A DNA stretch of 64,000 nt from Candidatus Sulfopaludibacter sp. SbA3 (GCA_945865815.1 CAMBFR010000001.1:69-64068), one strand, 5' to 3'; numbered from the stretch's first letter, positions 30,870 through 41,568 are shown. The notes: generated from the sequence alone by a model not told the origin. Made by a program: numbers and translations.

Positions 30870-31417
30870 GGTCTCCTTTCGCCGGCAGTTGCGCCTGTCA
30901 CAACGCGATCGATCGCCAGGACCCGCCGTACGGCACGCGCCGTGGCGGCGCCGGTCAGCGTCGCTCCGGCAATCGGCCGGATTCCGCGGTTCAGATTCAG
31001 GTCATCATTCAACGGTTTCCCGCTGAACTGCGCGTACCACGCCGGCGGACCCAGATACTCCGGCGGTTCGAGAAACGCGGTCACCTCGATCCGTTTGACG
31101 TCGCCCTTCTCATCCAGGCAAATCAGCAGGCTCTCTCGTTTCGTTCGGACCACATGAGTATCGACGTAGGCACGGCCCACCACTCTGCCGTCAGCCACAG
31201 CGGAATAGAGAGCCACCAAAGCAGTCTCCACCTCCGTGCCGGCAAGAGCGCTGGCTGCCGCCATTTGATCGTTCCTCAGGAACAGCCTCTCCGCGCGAAT
31301 CGCCGCGCCGGGATAGACCCTTGCCAACGCTTCTTCGCGGCTGACCTGTGAAAAGCCGGACACGGAAAAGACCAGCACCAGGCCGAAAGCAAATGCCCAG
31401 GTCTTCCGCCAGGTCAT
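30866..31417 (-). CDS. Exported FMN-binding (flavinylation substrate) protein
   Basis: Signal peptide, F.EPPEY and IAGATLT flavinylation-like motif; start ATG 31417. Confidence 0.85.
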   Translation of the reverse strand: MTWRKTWAFAFGLVLVFSVSGFSQVSREEALARVYPGAAIRAERLFLRNDQMAAASALAGTEVETALVALYSAVADGRVVGRAYVDTHVVRTKRESLLICLDEKGDVKRIEVTAFLEPPEYLGPPAWYAQFSGKPLNDDLNLNRGIRPIAGATLTGAATARAVRRVLAIDRVVTGATAGERRP

Positions 31418-31421
31418 CGCG

Positions 31422-32726
31422 TTAGAACGAGTAGCCGAGCGCAATATTGAATTGACCGAGTCCGGTATTTGCGGCATTCCTGATCCATTGATAATCCGCC
31501 TTAACAACCACGTTCCGGATGGGCTGAAACTGAAGTCCGGCCGTGTGGTACTTGCGATCCATTGCAGCGTTAGCGGCGAAGCCCGCGGCAGGGCGCTTCT
31601 GCGTGTTGAACTTCTCGAACCGATAAAAGGGAGTCAAAGCGGCTTCGTCACGGGATTGAGAAAGTACGTTGTATCCAATCTGCAAATAACCGCCGTCCAT
31701 CTGCTCTGCAATCGCGTTGCCGCCGGTGAGGTTGCGAACCGCATTGAGTGCCGCGGCATCGTCCAGGACGGTACGCGCAAAAAGGCCACGAAAATCCACG
31801 CCTCTCATCTGAATCTGCGCATGGAGTTCCCCAACGGTGGTTTTCACATTGAGCTGCCGGCCGCCCAGGGTGAACTGATCCTGATCTGAGCCGCCGACGT
31901 AAAACGATCCACCGACCAGGGCGCCGGGAATTGGCGTGGCATCAAGCCGTCCCACGAACGCCGCATCGCTGACTCGCGCCCTGGATCCCCTTTGCCGTCC
32001 GCCACGCAGCCCGTCGCTGGTGAACCCCGCGGCGTTCATGCCATTCACGACATAGGCCCGGTAGCTGAATTTTCCGGCGGAACCAACGACCCCGAAACCG
32101 TTCTCTCGCCAGGTGGAAGGAATGATGCGGCTCTCGGTCTCGGTTCGACGCGCGCCCAAGAACGTATTCGGCTCATGAAATTCGTTGGTCAGTCCCATTG
32201 GAACAAGCAGGAGGCCACCGCGGACCGTCAGTGCAGGATGCGCAATGTAGTCGACGTATGCGAATTCCGTCCATATCTCGTTGGCGTGCTCCAATTCGAT
32301 TTCGGAATTGAACAGAAATTTGTCGTTGAAGCGGTAACCGAAGTACAGGACTGCGCGCAGAAAATCCAACTGGGCTCCCTGGTTCCTTGTTCGTCCGGCC
32401 TGATCCGCAGATGCAAAATTCTCGTACAGCATCTCGCCGTAGCCGGCAATCGAGACGCCCCGCTGCTTTCGATAAACTGACGCCGCGGAGAATCCAAGGC
32501 CCAGTGCCCGAGCCTGATCCGGAGTGACTTCGACTTCGGGTTCCCCGCTTCTCTGCTTCTCAACCTCTTCCGCCAGGACATCTACCTTCCGGCTCAACTC
32601 TTCCAATTCGGAAGCCGGGGTTTGCGGAGGCGCAGCCTGACCCTGGAATGCCCCTACATCGCCACCGTAAAACAGCAAACACGAAACAAACAAACCTGCG
32701 GCCCACCTGAACAACAATTTCTTCAT
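31422..32726 (-). CDS. Outer-membrane porin (OprO/P-like) with N-terminal coiled coil
   Basis: Signal peptide, GYGE..Y, R.VLYFGYRF, FNSEIELEH, HEP..F, IIPSTWRE.G and C-terminal LGYSF. Confidence 0.85.
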   Translation of the reverse strand: MKKLLFRWAAGLFVSCLLFYGGDVGAFQGQAAPPQTPASELEELSRKVDVLAEEVEKQRSGEPEVEVTPDQARALGLGFSAASVYRKQRGVSIAGYGEMLYENFASADQAGRTRNQGAQLDFLRAVLYFGYRFNDKFLFNSEIELEHANEIWTEFAYVDYIAHPALTVRGGLLLVPMGLTNEFHEPNTFLGARRTETESRIIPSTWRENGFGVVGSAGKFSYRAYVVNGMNAAGFTSDGLRGGRQRGSRARVSDAAFVGRLDATPIPGALVGGSFYVGGSDQDQFTLGGRQLNVKTTVGELHAQIQMRGVDFRGLFARTVLDDAAALNAVRNLTGGNAIAEQMDGGYLQIGYNVLSQSRDEAALTPFYRFEKFNTQKRPAAGFAANAAMDRKYHTAGLQFQPIRNVVVKADYQWIRNAANTGLGQFNIALGYSF

Positions 32727-32914
32727 GGTTCTCCCTACTGACTAATGGCAGGGGATGGATTGACGCTCCGCAGAGGAGAAACCTATACTCATGCCGGCGT
32801 TTCGAACGGTACCACCCAATTAGGAACGCTCCGGGGATGCGCTGGTCTCAGTCCAGCGCATCCCTTCCCACCACTTACCTTCCTGTTAAAAATCGTCTGA
32901 CTTTAACTGACTGC

Positions 32915-32945
32915 AATCTAATTGAAATTGAAAATCAATTTCAAT
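32915..32945 (-). promoter_or_regulatory. Fur-box-like palindrome overlapping a sigma70 promoter of the porin operon
   Basis: ATTGAAATTGA-AAA-TCAATTTCAAT (32921-32945) has perfect 11-bp arms; minus strand reads TTGAAA-18 nt-TAGATT. Confidence 0.75.
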
Positions 32946-33062
32946 AGAAGATTTTCGCCTTCGAAGGAATCCTTTGTCAATGGGATTTAGCGATATGGGA
33001 ATCACAAGAGGGCGAACCCATAGACTTCCTCTTCGGTATACTTCGTCTCGCGTGACGGGAAT

Positions 33063-34112
33063 ATGGCCAAAAAAATACTAGTCGTCGACGACGAAGTCGC
33101 GGTTCGGTCCGTGCTCAGGACATTGCTCGAAGACGAGGGTTACGAGATATTCGAGAACCGGACGGCGGAAGAAGCATTGCGAACGGCCACTGTGAACGAA
33201 ATCGACGCGTTTCTCCTGGATATCGACCTTGAAGGAATGAGCGGAGTCGAACTTTGCAGAGCACTGCGTCTCATGGAGCGATACCGCCTGACTCCGATAA
33301 TGTTCGTCACCGGTCATGATGAAGGAAGCGCGCTGGAAAGCGGGTTCAAGGCCGGATGTAACGATTTCCTGAAAAAACCAATTCAAACCGCAGTTCTGCG
33401 TGTCCGCCTGAAAGGTCACCTGGAGCGCATGGAATACATGTCGGAACTCGAAAAGGTGAGGCGGAATCTCAGCCGGTATGTTTCCACGCGTACGAAGGCG
33501 GTGGTTGAAACCTATTCCCGAACAGGGGAGCTGCCGGCGCCTCAGGAAAACGACGTATGCATCTGCTTCACCGATATCCGCGGTTTCACGGCGCTTTCCG
33601 AAGAGATGGAGTCCCACGTCCTGTTTTCGATCCTGAGCAAGTTTCTCGCTGAACAGGTGGACCTTGTGTATCAGTACGAAGGCTATATCGACAAGTTCGG
33701 CGGTGACGGAGTGATGGCAATCTTCGATGGTCCCGGCATGGCGGTGCGGAGTTGTCTGTGTGCATTGCGTGTCATGGAATCAGCGAAGAGGCTGGGCGAA
33801 GGAGAAGACGAGCGAGTCCGTCAGATCGGTATCGGAATAAATTTGGGCCGGGTGATCATTGGAAACATCGGATCGTCGGAACACTTCGACTATTCCGTGA
33901 TCGGAAGTTCAGTGAACCTGGCAGCGCGCCTTTGCGGCGTTGCGGCTCCAATGACGGTGGTAGTTTCCGAGGCCGTGCGCGACGGTGCGCAACACGACCC
34001 GAGGCTGCTGTTCCACGATCGCCAGGAGGTCGCCATTCGTGGATTCAGGCAACCGGTCTCGGTATACAGGCTCTCGCGTCACGAACCGGACGCGGCGCCC
34101 GGCACCAGGTAG
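33063..34112 (+). CDS. Response regulator receiver plus class III adenylate cyclase
   Basis: ILVVDD...LLD...KP, then FTDIRGFT, IDKFGGDG and DYSVIGSSVNLAARL. Confidence 0.93.
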   Translation: MAKKILVVDDEVAVRSVLRTLLEDEGYEIFENRTAEEALRTATVNEIDAFLLDIDLEGMSGVELCRALRLMERYRLTPIMFVTGHDEGSALESGFKAGCNDFLKKPIQTAVLRVRLKGHLERMEYMSELEKVRRNLSRYVSTRTKAVVETYSRTGELPAPQENDVCICFTDIRGFTALSEEMESHVLFSILSKFLAEQVDLVYQYEGYIDKFGGDGVMAIFDGPGMAVRSCLCALRVMESAKRLGEGEDERVRQIGIGINLGRVIIGNIGSSEHFDYSVIGSSVNLAARLCGVAAPMTVVVSEAVRDGAQHDPRLLFHDRQEVAIRGFRQPVSVYRLSRHEPDAAPGTR

Positions 34113-34119
34113 ACATACT

Positions 34120-34425
34120 CTAGGCTGCTGATCTCCACCACATTTTGAACACCAGGCCCTGGAGTGCGGACACGGCAATTAGAAGCGGATCATCAAGACC
34201 ATAAACAGTGATGAAGAATGGGGTGACGCGGCGGATCAGAAGAATCAGTATCATCGCAGCGAAAACGTTGGCGACGAGAAAGACAGCGCTCGTTCCGATA
34301 CATTCCAGTGCCTCCCCGGTGGCCCGGCGCAGTGAACCTGTGGCGCCCGCGGCGAACCGGCGGGCGATCAAGCAAGCTGCAATGGAAGTCGCGATCACCA
34401 AAACCGCGCCAAATGCGTTGTCCAT
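34120..34425 (-). CDS. Hypothetical membrane protein
   Basis: AGGAGG RBS; three hydrophobic segments. Confidence 0.7.
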   Translation of the reverse strand: MDNAFGAVLVIATSIAACLIARRFAAGATGSLRRATGEALECIGTSAVFLVANVFAAMILILLIRRVTPFFITVYGLDDPLLIAVSALQGLVFKMWWRSAA

Positions 34426-34439
34426 AACACCTCCTGATA

Positions 34440-35063
34440 CTAAATGTAGCCCGACAGCCTGTAGTAAATGAGGGCCGCGGATTCCTGTAAGACTCTCGTC
34501 ATCAGCCAGATCCGGTCCTCAGGAGTGAACACTTCTGCCGGATACCGATCCGAAGGCGCGGGCGAAACCTGGAAGCCTGCGCCTTCGAATACGCGCTTCG
34601 CTCGAAGCATGTGAAGGGACTCGGTAACCAGCAAGATATGGATCGCGCGGCGTGGATGCAGTAACCCGGCGATGCGTGTGGATTCCTCACGAGTGGTATT
34701 CGCATTCCTTTCAAGAAGGATTGCGTTGGCAGGAATGCCTATGTCGCGTGCGAGGCGGGCGCGAACCTCAGCTTCGGCGCCGCTGCCTGAAAACACAATC
34801 AACGGCGCCAAGCCGCGCTGATAGAGCCGCATCCCTTCAAAGGTCCGGCGCAGCGACTCTTCGCCGAGCGTCGACTCCCCGCCCATCCCCGCAGCGAGCA
34901 CGACAATCGCATCGGCGGAAGCGATTTCGGCGGCCGGTGACAATCTACGCGCGGCAAGGTTCCAGACAGGAGTGAACGCGGAACCCGCGAAGACGGCAAT
35001 CACGCCTATGCCCAAGATCCTGGTGAAGCGATTCCAGCTCATTTGCGCCATAGCATAAAGCAA
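34440..35063 (-). CDS. YdcF/DUF218 (ElyC-like) family protein
   Basis: DAIVVL, FSG, NTTREE and LVTESLHMLRA. Confidence 0.88.
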   Translation of the reverse strand: MLYAMAQMSWNRFTRILGIGVIAVFAGSAFTPVWNLAARRLSPAAEIASADAIVVLAAGMGGESTLGEESLRRTFEGMRLYQRGLAPLIVFSGSGAEAEVRARLARDIGIPANAILLERNANTTREESTRIAGLLHPRRAIHILLVTESLHMLRAKRVFEGAGFQVSPAPSDRYPAEVFTPEDRIWLMTRVLQESAALIYYRLSGYI

Positions 35064-35097
35064 CGGAACAACGGCGTGGAGAAACTCCGCTCTTTAC

Positions 35098-36891
35098 CTA
35101 CTTCTTGCTTTCGACTGCCTGCTGCGCGATAGCCAGGAACTCATCGACGGACTTCGATTTCAAGTCTTCGCCTGAGCGCAACCGCACGGACACTGCGCCG
35201 TTTTCCTGTTCCCGATCGCCGACCACCAGCATGTAAGGAATCTTCCGAAGCTGGGCGTTCCGGATTTTTGCGTTCATCCGGTCCACGCCACTATCGATTT
35301 CCACGCGGAGTCCGGCGGCTTTCAGCCGTTCGTGAACGACCTTGCCGTAATCGAAATGACGGTCTGCGATCGGAATGACCACCGCCTGCACCGGCGCCAG
35401 CCAGACGGGCAGCGCCCCACCGTGATGTTCAAGCAAAACACCGAAGAAACGCTCCATGCTTCCCAGCAGCGCCCGGTGAATCATGAACGGCCGATGCTGC
35501 GCGCCGTCCTCACCTATGAACGAAAGATCAAATCTCTCCGGAAGGTTGAAATCGAACTGCACCGTGCTCAACTGCCACGGACGGCCGATGGCATCCTTCA
35601 CAAGGATGTCGATCTTTGGGCCATAGAAGGCGCCGTCCCCGGCGTTGACCTGATACTTGATTCCGGAACGCTGCAGAGCCGCTTCCAATGCGGCTTCGGC
35701 AACGTCCCAATCCTCCTCGCGTCCAACACGCTTTTCAGGTCTGGTGCTGAGAAGAACTTCAAACGAATCGAAACCGAACGCCCGAAGGATATCGAGACTG
35801 AAGTTGAATGCCTTATCGATCTCCTGGGGCATCTGGTCCGGGCGGCAAAACAGATGCGCATCATCCTGGGTAAAACCGCGCACGCGCGTCAGGCCGTGCA
35901 GCACTCCGCTCCTCTCGAACCGGTATACGGTGCCCCATTCCGCGAAGCGCAGTGGCAGATCGCGATACGAACGCAGCCCGCTCTTGAAGATGTTCACGTG
36001 GAACGGGCAGTTCATCGGCTTCAGGTAATAGAGTTGCTCTTCGATCTTGATCGGCGCGTACATGTTCTCGGCATAAAAGCCCAGATGTCCGCTGGTTTCC
36101 CACAAGCTCGCGCGGCCGATATGCGGTGTGTATACAAAGTCATAGCCGGCCCGGAGATGTTCCTTCTTGCAGTACTCTTCTATGAGGTACCGGATCAGGC
36201 CGCCCTTTGGATGCCAGAGTATGAGTCCGCCGCCGATCGTATCCGGCTGGATGCTGAACAGGTCGAGTTCCTGCCCGAGCTTCCGGTGGTCCCGCTTCTT
36301 GGCCTCTTCGAGCCTGACGAAGTACTCTTCGAGCTCTTTCTTCGTATCGAAAGCGACGCCATACACTCGCTGCAGCTGCTCGCGAGCCTGGTCGCCGCGC
36401 CAGTAGGCGCCCGAAACGCGCGTCAGCCGGAAGCTGGCGGTGTCGATTTCGTCGGTGCAGTCCACATGGGGACCGCGGCACAGATCGGTAAAGCTCCCGG
36501 TCTTGTAAACGCTTACTTCGCTTACGCTTCCACCGACAAGGTTTGCGTCTTCAAGGTCGGCGACTGCCGTCGTACCGCGCGTTGCCAGGTCCCTGAGGAG
36601 TTCCACCTTGAAGTCCTGTTTCATCGTTCCGAACATTTCAGCGGCCTGAGCCATCGGAAATTCCGAGCGTTCGAAGCGAAGCTTCTGCTTCACCTTCTCT
36701 CGCATCCGGCTCTCGATCATCTGCAAGTCCTCGGGGACGAGCGACCGGTTCAGGTGGACGTCGTAGTAAAAACCGTCCTCGATCACCGGACCGACACCGA
36801 ACCTGGCTTCCGGAAAGATTTCCTGAATGCTGGCTGCCATCAAATGGGCCAGCGAATGACGTTTTGTATCCAAGCGTTCGTTTTTGGGCAT
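35098..36891 (-). CDS. thrS: Threonine--tRNA ligase (no TGS domain)
   Basis: RHSLAH, DLCRGPH, RDHRKLG, KPMNCP, RGFTQDDAH and HRALLGSMERF. Confidence 0.97.
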   Translation of the reverse strand: MPKNERLDTKRHSLAHLMAASIQEIFPEARFGVGPVIEDGFYYDVHLNRSLVPEDLQMIESRMREKVKQKLRFERSEFPMAQAAEMFGTMKQDFKVELLRDLATRGTTAVADLEDANLVGGSVSEVSVYKTGSFTDLCRGPHVDCTDEIDTASFRLTRVSGAYWRGDQAREQLQRVYGVAFDTKKELEEYFVRLEEAKKRDHRKLGQELDLFSIQPDTIGGGLILWHPKGGLIRYLIEEYCKKEHLRAGYDFVYTPHIGRASLWETSGHLGFYAENMYAPIKIEEQLYYLKPMNCPFHVNIFKSGLRSYRDLPLRFAEWGTVYRFERSGVLHGLTRVRGFTQDDAHLFCRPDQMPQEIDKAFNFSLDILRAFGFDSFEVLLSTRPEKRVGREEDWDVAEAALEAALQRSGIKYQVNAGDGAFYGPKIDILVKDAIGRPWQLSTVQFDFNLPERFDLSFIGEDGAQHRPFMIHRALLGSMERFFGVLLEHHGGALPVWLAPVQAVVIPIADRHFDYGKVVHERLKAAGLRVEIDSGVDRMNAKIRNAQLRKIPYMLVVGDREQENGAVSVRLRSGEDLKSKSVDEFLAIAQQAVESKK

Positions 36892-37295
36892 ACGATCCCT
36901 ATTTTATTTGAACTTCGAATCGCGCAGACTCGAACTACGTGAAAAGCGTCCGTTCTGTTTCGATCGTGGGGTGTTGTTTTCTGGGGAGTATCCCTCGGGC
37001 GCACCCGGAGAGCGAGCTATTGTGGCCAGACATGCCACTCGGATAGTCCGCCACAGAGCCCTTCTGGGGAACCTGAGCGCCGCAACCGGCCGACGCCAAC
37101 CCTATGGCCGTGGAAGCCGGAATCTGCGGACCGAACCGCGTATTAATGACTGCGTGACGCATGCTCGTCAGCCTAACCGAAACACCGGTTTTGCACAAGT
37201 TACGGAATGTTACGGAATAGGTTCGTTGAAAACAGGTGTTCTTCTTTGTTATCTTTAGCGTTTATCTCAACGGCAATGTTTCAGGAGGCTAGGCC

Positions 37296-37805
37296 ATCGA
37301 CAAAAACATAAGGGTGAACCATCGCATCCGGGCTCGGGAAGTTCGTGTCATCGACGACGAAAATGCGCAACTCGGAATAATGACGCCTCAGCAAGCGTTA
37401 AAGGTCGCTGAGGAACGGGGCCTGGATCTGGTAGAGGTCGCACCCACTGCGCAGCCTCCGGTTTGCAGGATCATGGATTATGGGAAGTACCTGTACCAGC
37501 TCAACAAGAAGCTTCATGAGGCAAAGAAGCACCAGAAGAACATTACAGTTAAGGAAGTAAAGTTTCGGCCCAACACGGATGATCACGATTACGAGTTCAA
37601 AAGGAACCACATCATCCGGTTCCTCCAGCAGGGGGACAAGGTTAAGGCGACGGTATTTTTCAGAGGCCGCGAAATCGTTCACCAGAGTATCGGCCGCGCG
37701 TTGATTGAGCGGTTGGTGACGGAACTGGCCGAAATCGGGGCCGTTGAGGCCCGGCCCAAAATGGAAGGGCCCAATTTAATCGCTATATTTGCTCCAAAAA
37801 AGTAG
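37296..37805 (+). CDS. infC: Translation initiation factor IF-3 (probable ATC start)
   Basis: [15 protein letters not shown] and KEVKFRP; AGGAGG RBS lies 7 nt before in-frame ATC 37296. Confidence 0.95.
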   Translation: MDKNIRVNHRIRAREVRVIDDENAQLGIMTPQQALKVAEERGLDLVEVAPTAQPPVCRIMDYGKYLYQLNKKLHEAKKHQKNITVKEVKFRPNTDDHDYEFKRNHIIRFLQQGDKVKATVFFRGREIVHQSIGRALIERLVTELAEIGAVEARPKMEGPNLIAIFAPKK

Positions 37806-37814
37806 GAAGAAGTT

Positions 37815-38009
37815 ATGAAGTTAAAAACGCACAAAGGCGCGGCAAAGCGCTTCAAACTTACGGGAACCGGCAAGGTCAAACGTCGTCACGCATTCGCTCG
37901 GCATATTCTTACGAAAAAGGCCGCGAGCCGAAAAAGAAGACTGGGCAAATCCGCCATAGCGACTGACGCGGATACTCCCAAAATTCTCGCAATGTTGCCT
38001 TACGCCTGA
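37815..38009 (+). CDS. rpmI: 50S ribosomal protein L35
   Basis: KLKTHKGAAKRFKLTGTGK. Confidence 0.97.
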   Translation: MKLKTHKGAAKRFKLTGTGKVKRRHAFARHILTKKAASRKRRLGKSAIATDADTPKILAMLPYA

Positions 38010-38081
38010 AGCAGTAGCAGCAAATGAGCGGCTGCGAATGCAAGCCCGACAGGGCGCAGCCAATAAGTAAGGAGTTATAGA

Positions 38082-38447
38082 GTGCCTCGAGTTAAACGCG
38101 GAACAAAACGGCATAATCGCCGAAAGAAGATTTTGAAGCTTGCGAAGGGTTATTACCTGAGTAAGAGCAAGCTTTTCAAGTTTGCCAAAGAGTCGGTTCA
38201 GAAAGCACTGGGATACGCCTATCGCGACCGGAAAGCGCGCAAGCGCGATTTCCGGCGGCTGTGGATCATTCGAATTGGAGCGGCAGCCCGGCAGAATGGC
38301 CTGAACTACCATCAGTTTATCTTCGGGTTGAAGCAAGCGGGCGTCGACCTGGACCGCAAGGTCCTGGCAGACCTCGCCCTCAGCGATCCGGCCGCTTTCA
38401 CGCGTCTGGCGGAAACAGCCAAAACTGCCGCTACCAAGACTGCGTAA
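38082..38447 (+). CDS. rplT: 50S ribosomal protein L20
   Basis: MPRVKRG..AKGY and [18 protein letters not shown]. Confidence 0.97.
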   Translation: MPRVKRGTKRHNRRKKILKLAKGYYLSKSKLFKFAKESVQKALGYAYRDRKARKRDFRRLWIIRIGAAARQNGLNYHQFIFGLKQAGVDLDRKVLADLALSDPAAFTRLAETAKTAATKTA

Positions 38448-38507
38448 AGCGGTGCGGCGCTCCCATGGACGGGTTGCGCACCCGGCCATGGAGGGTACAG
38501 TGAAAAA

Positions 38508-39545
38508 ATGGCTTCAAAAACCGGGATCGACCAGCTTCGAGCGATCGAGGAGCAGTTCGAGCGCGACCGCGCTTGCGTGGTCGATCTCCGGTCACTGGAA
38601 GACATCCGCACCCGGTATCTCTCCCGCAAGTCCGGTCTAATCACCACGCAACTTCAGAATCTGCGAGAGCTTCCTTCCAGCGAACGCGCGGAATTCGGCC
38701 GAGTCGGCAACGAACTGAAGACCAGGATCGAAGCTGCGATTGAGACGCTACAGACCACGATCGCGGAGCAAGAGAAGCTCAGCACACTGGAGCGCGAACG
38801 CCTCGACATCACGCTGCCTGGCAATCGCCGCCGCATCGGCCATCACCACCCCCTCACGATTGTCCGAAACGAAATCGAAGAGATCTTCGTTTCGATGGGT
38901 TATACGGTTGAGGACGGGCCGGAGGTCGAGAATACCTACTACAACTTCGAAGCGCTGAACATTCCCGCCGGACATCCGGCGCGGGACCCAAAAGACACTT
39001 TCTACATTTCGGATGATCTGGTGCTTCGCACGCACACCTCTCCGGTTCAGGTAAGAACGATGGAGAAGGTGCAGCCGCCGGTCCGGATTATCTGCCCGGG
39101 CAAGGTGTTCCGGCGCGACGCCGCGGACGCCACGCACTCGCCGATGTTCCATCAGGTCGAAGGCCTGCTCGTTGACGAAGGCATCACCTTCTCAGATCTC
39201 AAGGGAACCCTCGAGCGTTTTCACAGGGAATTCTTCGGTAAAGGCACCAAAACCCGGCTGCGTCCCAGTTTTTTCCCGTTCACGGAACCCAGTGCGGAAG
39301 TGGACGTGTCGTGCGTTTTCTGCGGGGCTGCGGGTTGCCGAATCTGCAAAAACACCGGATGGATCGAGGTGATGGGGTCCGGTATGGTGCATCCGAATTT
39401 ATACTCGTTTGTGAAGTACGATCCGGAAAAGTACACGGGCTTTGCGTTTGGCGGCGGCATCGAGCGCTACACGATGTTGAAGTACAACATCAGCGACATT
39501 CAGTCGTTTTTCCAGAACGATATGCGGTTCCTGGAGCAGTTTTAG
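38508..39545 (+). CDS. pheS: Phenylalanine--tRNA ligase alpha subunit
   Basis: [21 protein letters not shown] and FPFTEPSAE. Confidence 0.97.
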   Translation: MASKTGIDQLRAIEEQFERDRACVVDLRSLEDIRTRYLSRKSGLITTQLQNLRELPSSERAEFGRVGNELKTRIEAAIETLQTTIAEQEKLSTLERERLDITLPGNRRRIGHHHPLTIVRNEIEEIFVSMGYTVEDGPEVENTYYNFEALNIPAGHPARDPKDTFYISDDLVLRTHTSPVQVRTMEKVQPPVRIICPGKVFRRDAADATHSPMFHQVEGLLVDEGITFSDLKGTLERFHREFFGKGTKTRLRPSFFPFTEPSAEVDVSCVFCGAAGCRICKNTGWIEVMGSGMVHPNLYSFVKYDPEKYTGFAFGGGIERYTMLKYNISDIQSFFQNDMRFLEQF

Positions 39546-39555
39546 CGGGCCATCC

Positions 39556-41568
39556 ATGAAGATCAGTCTCGCCTGGCTCAAAGAGTTCGTAGAAGTGCCT
39601 GTTGAACCGGCCCGGTTCGGCCAGGACGTCACACTGGTCGGTCTTGCCGTGGACACAGCCGAAACCGTCGGCAGCGACACCATATTTGAGCTCGACATAA
39701 CAACGAATCGTCCAGACTGTCTGAATCACGCCGGTGTTGCCCGTGAGGTAAGCGCCATATACGGGAAACCGCTGCGCGCGCCCGAGTTTGACCTCAAGGA
39801 ATGCGACCGCCCGGCCAGCGGCATCTTTTCGATTTCAATCACCGATGTCGATCTGTGCGCCAGGTACTGCGGACGCTACATCGAAGGAGTAAAGATTGGA
39901 CCGTCGCCGGACTGGCTGAAACAACGGCTGGAAGCGCTGGGTGTACGCTCCATCAACAATGTTGCCGACGTGACGAACTACGTCATGCTTGAACTCGGCC
40001 AGCCGTTGCACGCGTTCGATGCAGATACATTACAGGGCCGTCAAATCATCGTTCGCCGGGCGAGCATCGACGAAAAGATCACCACCCTTGACGGAATCGA
40101 GCGCGCACTGAATCCTTCCATGCTGGTCATCGCCGACGCTAATCGCCCGGTTGCGCTTGCCGGAATCATGGGCGGACAGGATACGGAAATTTCAGGGAAA
40201 ACGACGAACGTTCTTCTCGAGAGCGCCACCTTCGCTCCCCTGTCCATTCGCAAGACCGCGCGGACTCTGGGTTTGGCTACAGAGGCTTCGTATCGCTTTG
40301 AGCGCGGGGCTGACATTGAGATGGCGCGCTTCGCCTGCGACAGGGCCGCGGCCATGATTCAGCAGCTCGCCGCGGGAACCATATACAGGGGCGTCATCGA
40401 CACCTACCCGGTTACCAGAAGACCCGTCGTGGTCACGCTGCGGCGAGCGCGGATCGCCGCTTTTCTGGGATCCCAGGTCGATGACCAAATCGTTGAGAGG
40501 ATCTTTGCAAAGCTCGGATTCCGCGTGGATCAGGCAGACGGAGGGTGGTCCGTGGAGGTTCCCACGTTCAGAGTTGACGTGAGCCGCGAGGAGGACCTGC
40601 TCGAAGAGATCGCGCGCCACCACGGCTTCGACAAATTTGCTCCAACATTGCCGGTGTGGTCGGGTTTTGGTTCGGGCCTGCCACAGTATTCGAGGGAAAA
40701 GTCGCTGCGTGCCCTGCTTACGGGCAGCGGATATTCGGAGATCTACGGTCTGTCGCTATCGGACGACAAGATCGAGCATCAATTCCGGCCGGATGTGAGC
40801 CTGGAGAGACTGACGAACCCGCTTACCGAAGACGCCTCCGTTCTGCGCGCGTCGTTGCTACCCGGCGTCCTCAAGGCAATTCAGTGGAATCTAAACCACG
40901 GCATTCGCGACTTGCAGTTCTTTGAAATGGGCAAGGTTTATAAGAAGGGATCGGAACGGCGCGAACTGATTCTCGCAGCCACTGGATATTTGCGGCAAAA
41001 ATCCATCCAGGAGTCCACCCGCGAGTTCACTTTCTACGATTTGAAAGGCGACGTCGAAATGATTCTCAAGGCCTTTGATCTGGAAATGACGATGGAAAAG
41101 ACCGGCGTGCCCTCGTCCTATCATCCCGGGCGCTCTGCCCGGAGCGGCAATATGGTGAAGATGGGGGAACTTCACCCCGATTACACCGAGTCCTTCAAAG
41201 TGCGTCAGCGCGTGTATGTCGCCGAATTCGATCTCGATGCCGTTTTGGAGTCTCGCGACAGGCGCCAGCTCCAACCGGTTCCCCGGTTTCCATCGATTCG
41301 CCGTGATTTCTCTCTCCTGCTTGATAGGTCCACTCGATTCTCGGACGTCAAGGCAGCCATCGAAAGCGCCGGAATCCAGGAGCTTGTTGAAGTTGGGCCC
41401 TTCGACCGGCTGGAAACGGGACCATTTCCTGAATCCAGGTACAGTCTCGCGGTTTCGGTCGTTTATCAATCTTCGGAACGCACACTCACGGACATTGAGG
41501 TCGAACAATTCGACCAGCAGATTTTGCATCTGCTCGGTCAGCGCCTCGGGGCGCAGTTGAGGAGTTGA
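39556..41568 (+). CDS. pheT: Phenylalanine--tRNA ligase beta subunit (short form lacking the B2 OB domain)
   Basis: [40 protein letters not shown] and RRDFS. Confidence 0.95.
   Translation: MKISLAWLKEFVEVPVEPARFGQDVTLVGLAVDTAETVGSDTIFELDITTNRPDCLNHAGVAREVSAIYGKPLRAPEFDLKECDRPASGIFSISITDVDLCARYCGRYIEGVKIGPSPDWLKQRLEALGVRSINNVADVTNYVMLELGQPLHAFDADTLQGRQIIVRRASIDEKITTLDGIERALNPSMLVIADANRPVALAGIMGGQDTEISGKTTNVLLESATFAPLSIRKTARTLGLATEASYRFERGADIEMARFACDRAAAMIQQLAAGTIYRGVIDTYPVTRRPVVVTLRRARIAAFLGSQVDDQIVERIFAKLGFRVDQADGGWSVEVPTFRVDVSREEDLLEEIARHHGFDKFAPTLPVWSGFGSGLPQYSREKSLRALLTGSGYSEIYGLSLSDDKIEHQFRPDVSLERLTNPLTEDASVLRASLLPGVLKAIQWNLNHGIRDLQFFEMGKVYKKGSERRELILAATGYLRQKSIQESTREFTFYDLKGDVEMILKAFDLEMTMEKTGVPSSYHPGRSARSGNMVKMGELHPDYTESFKVRQRVYVAEFDLDAVLESRDRRQLQPVPRFPSIRRDFSLLLDRSTRFSDVKAAIESAGIQELVEVGPFDRLETGPFPESRYSLAVSVVYQSSERTLTDIEVEQFDQQILHLLGQRLGAQLRS

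Noticed and set aside
35332-36942. 536-aa ORF on the + strand
   Set aside because: Antisense shadow of thrS, as expected in GC-rich DNA; no motifs.
36892-37295. T-box or SRP RNA upstream of thrS
   Set aside because: No T-box GGTGGNACC core and no SRP domain IV motif could be found.
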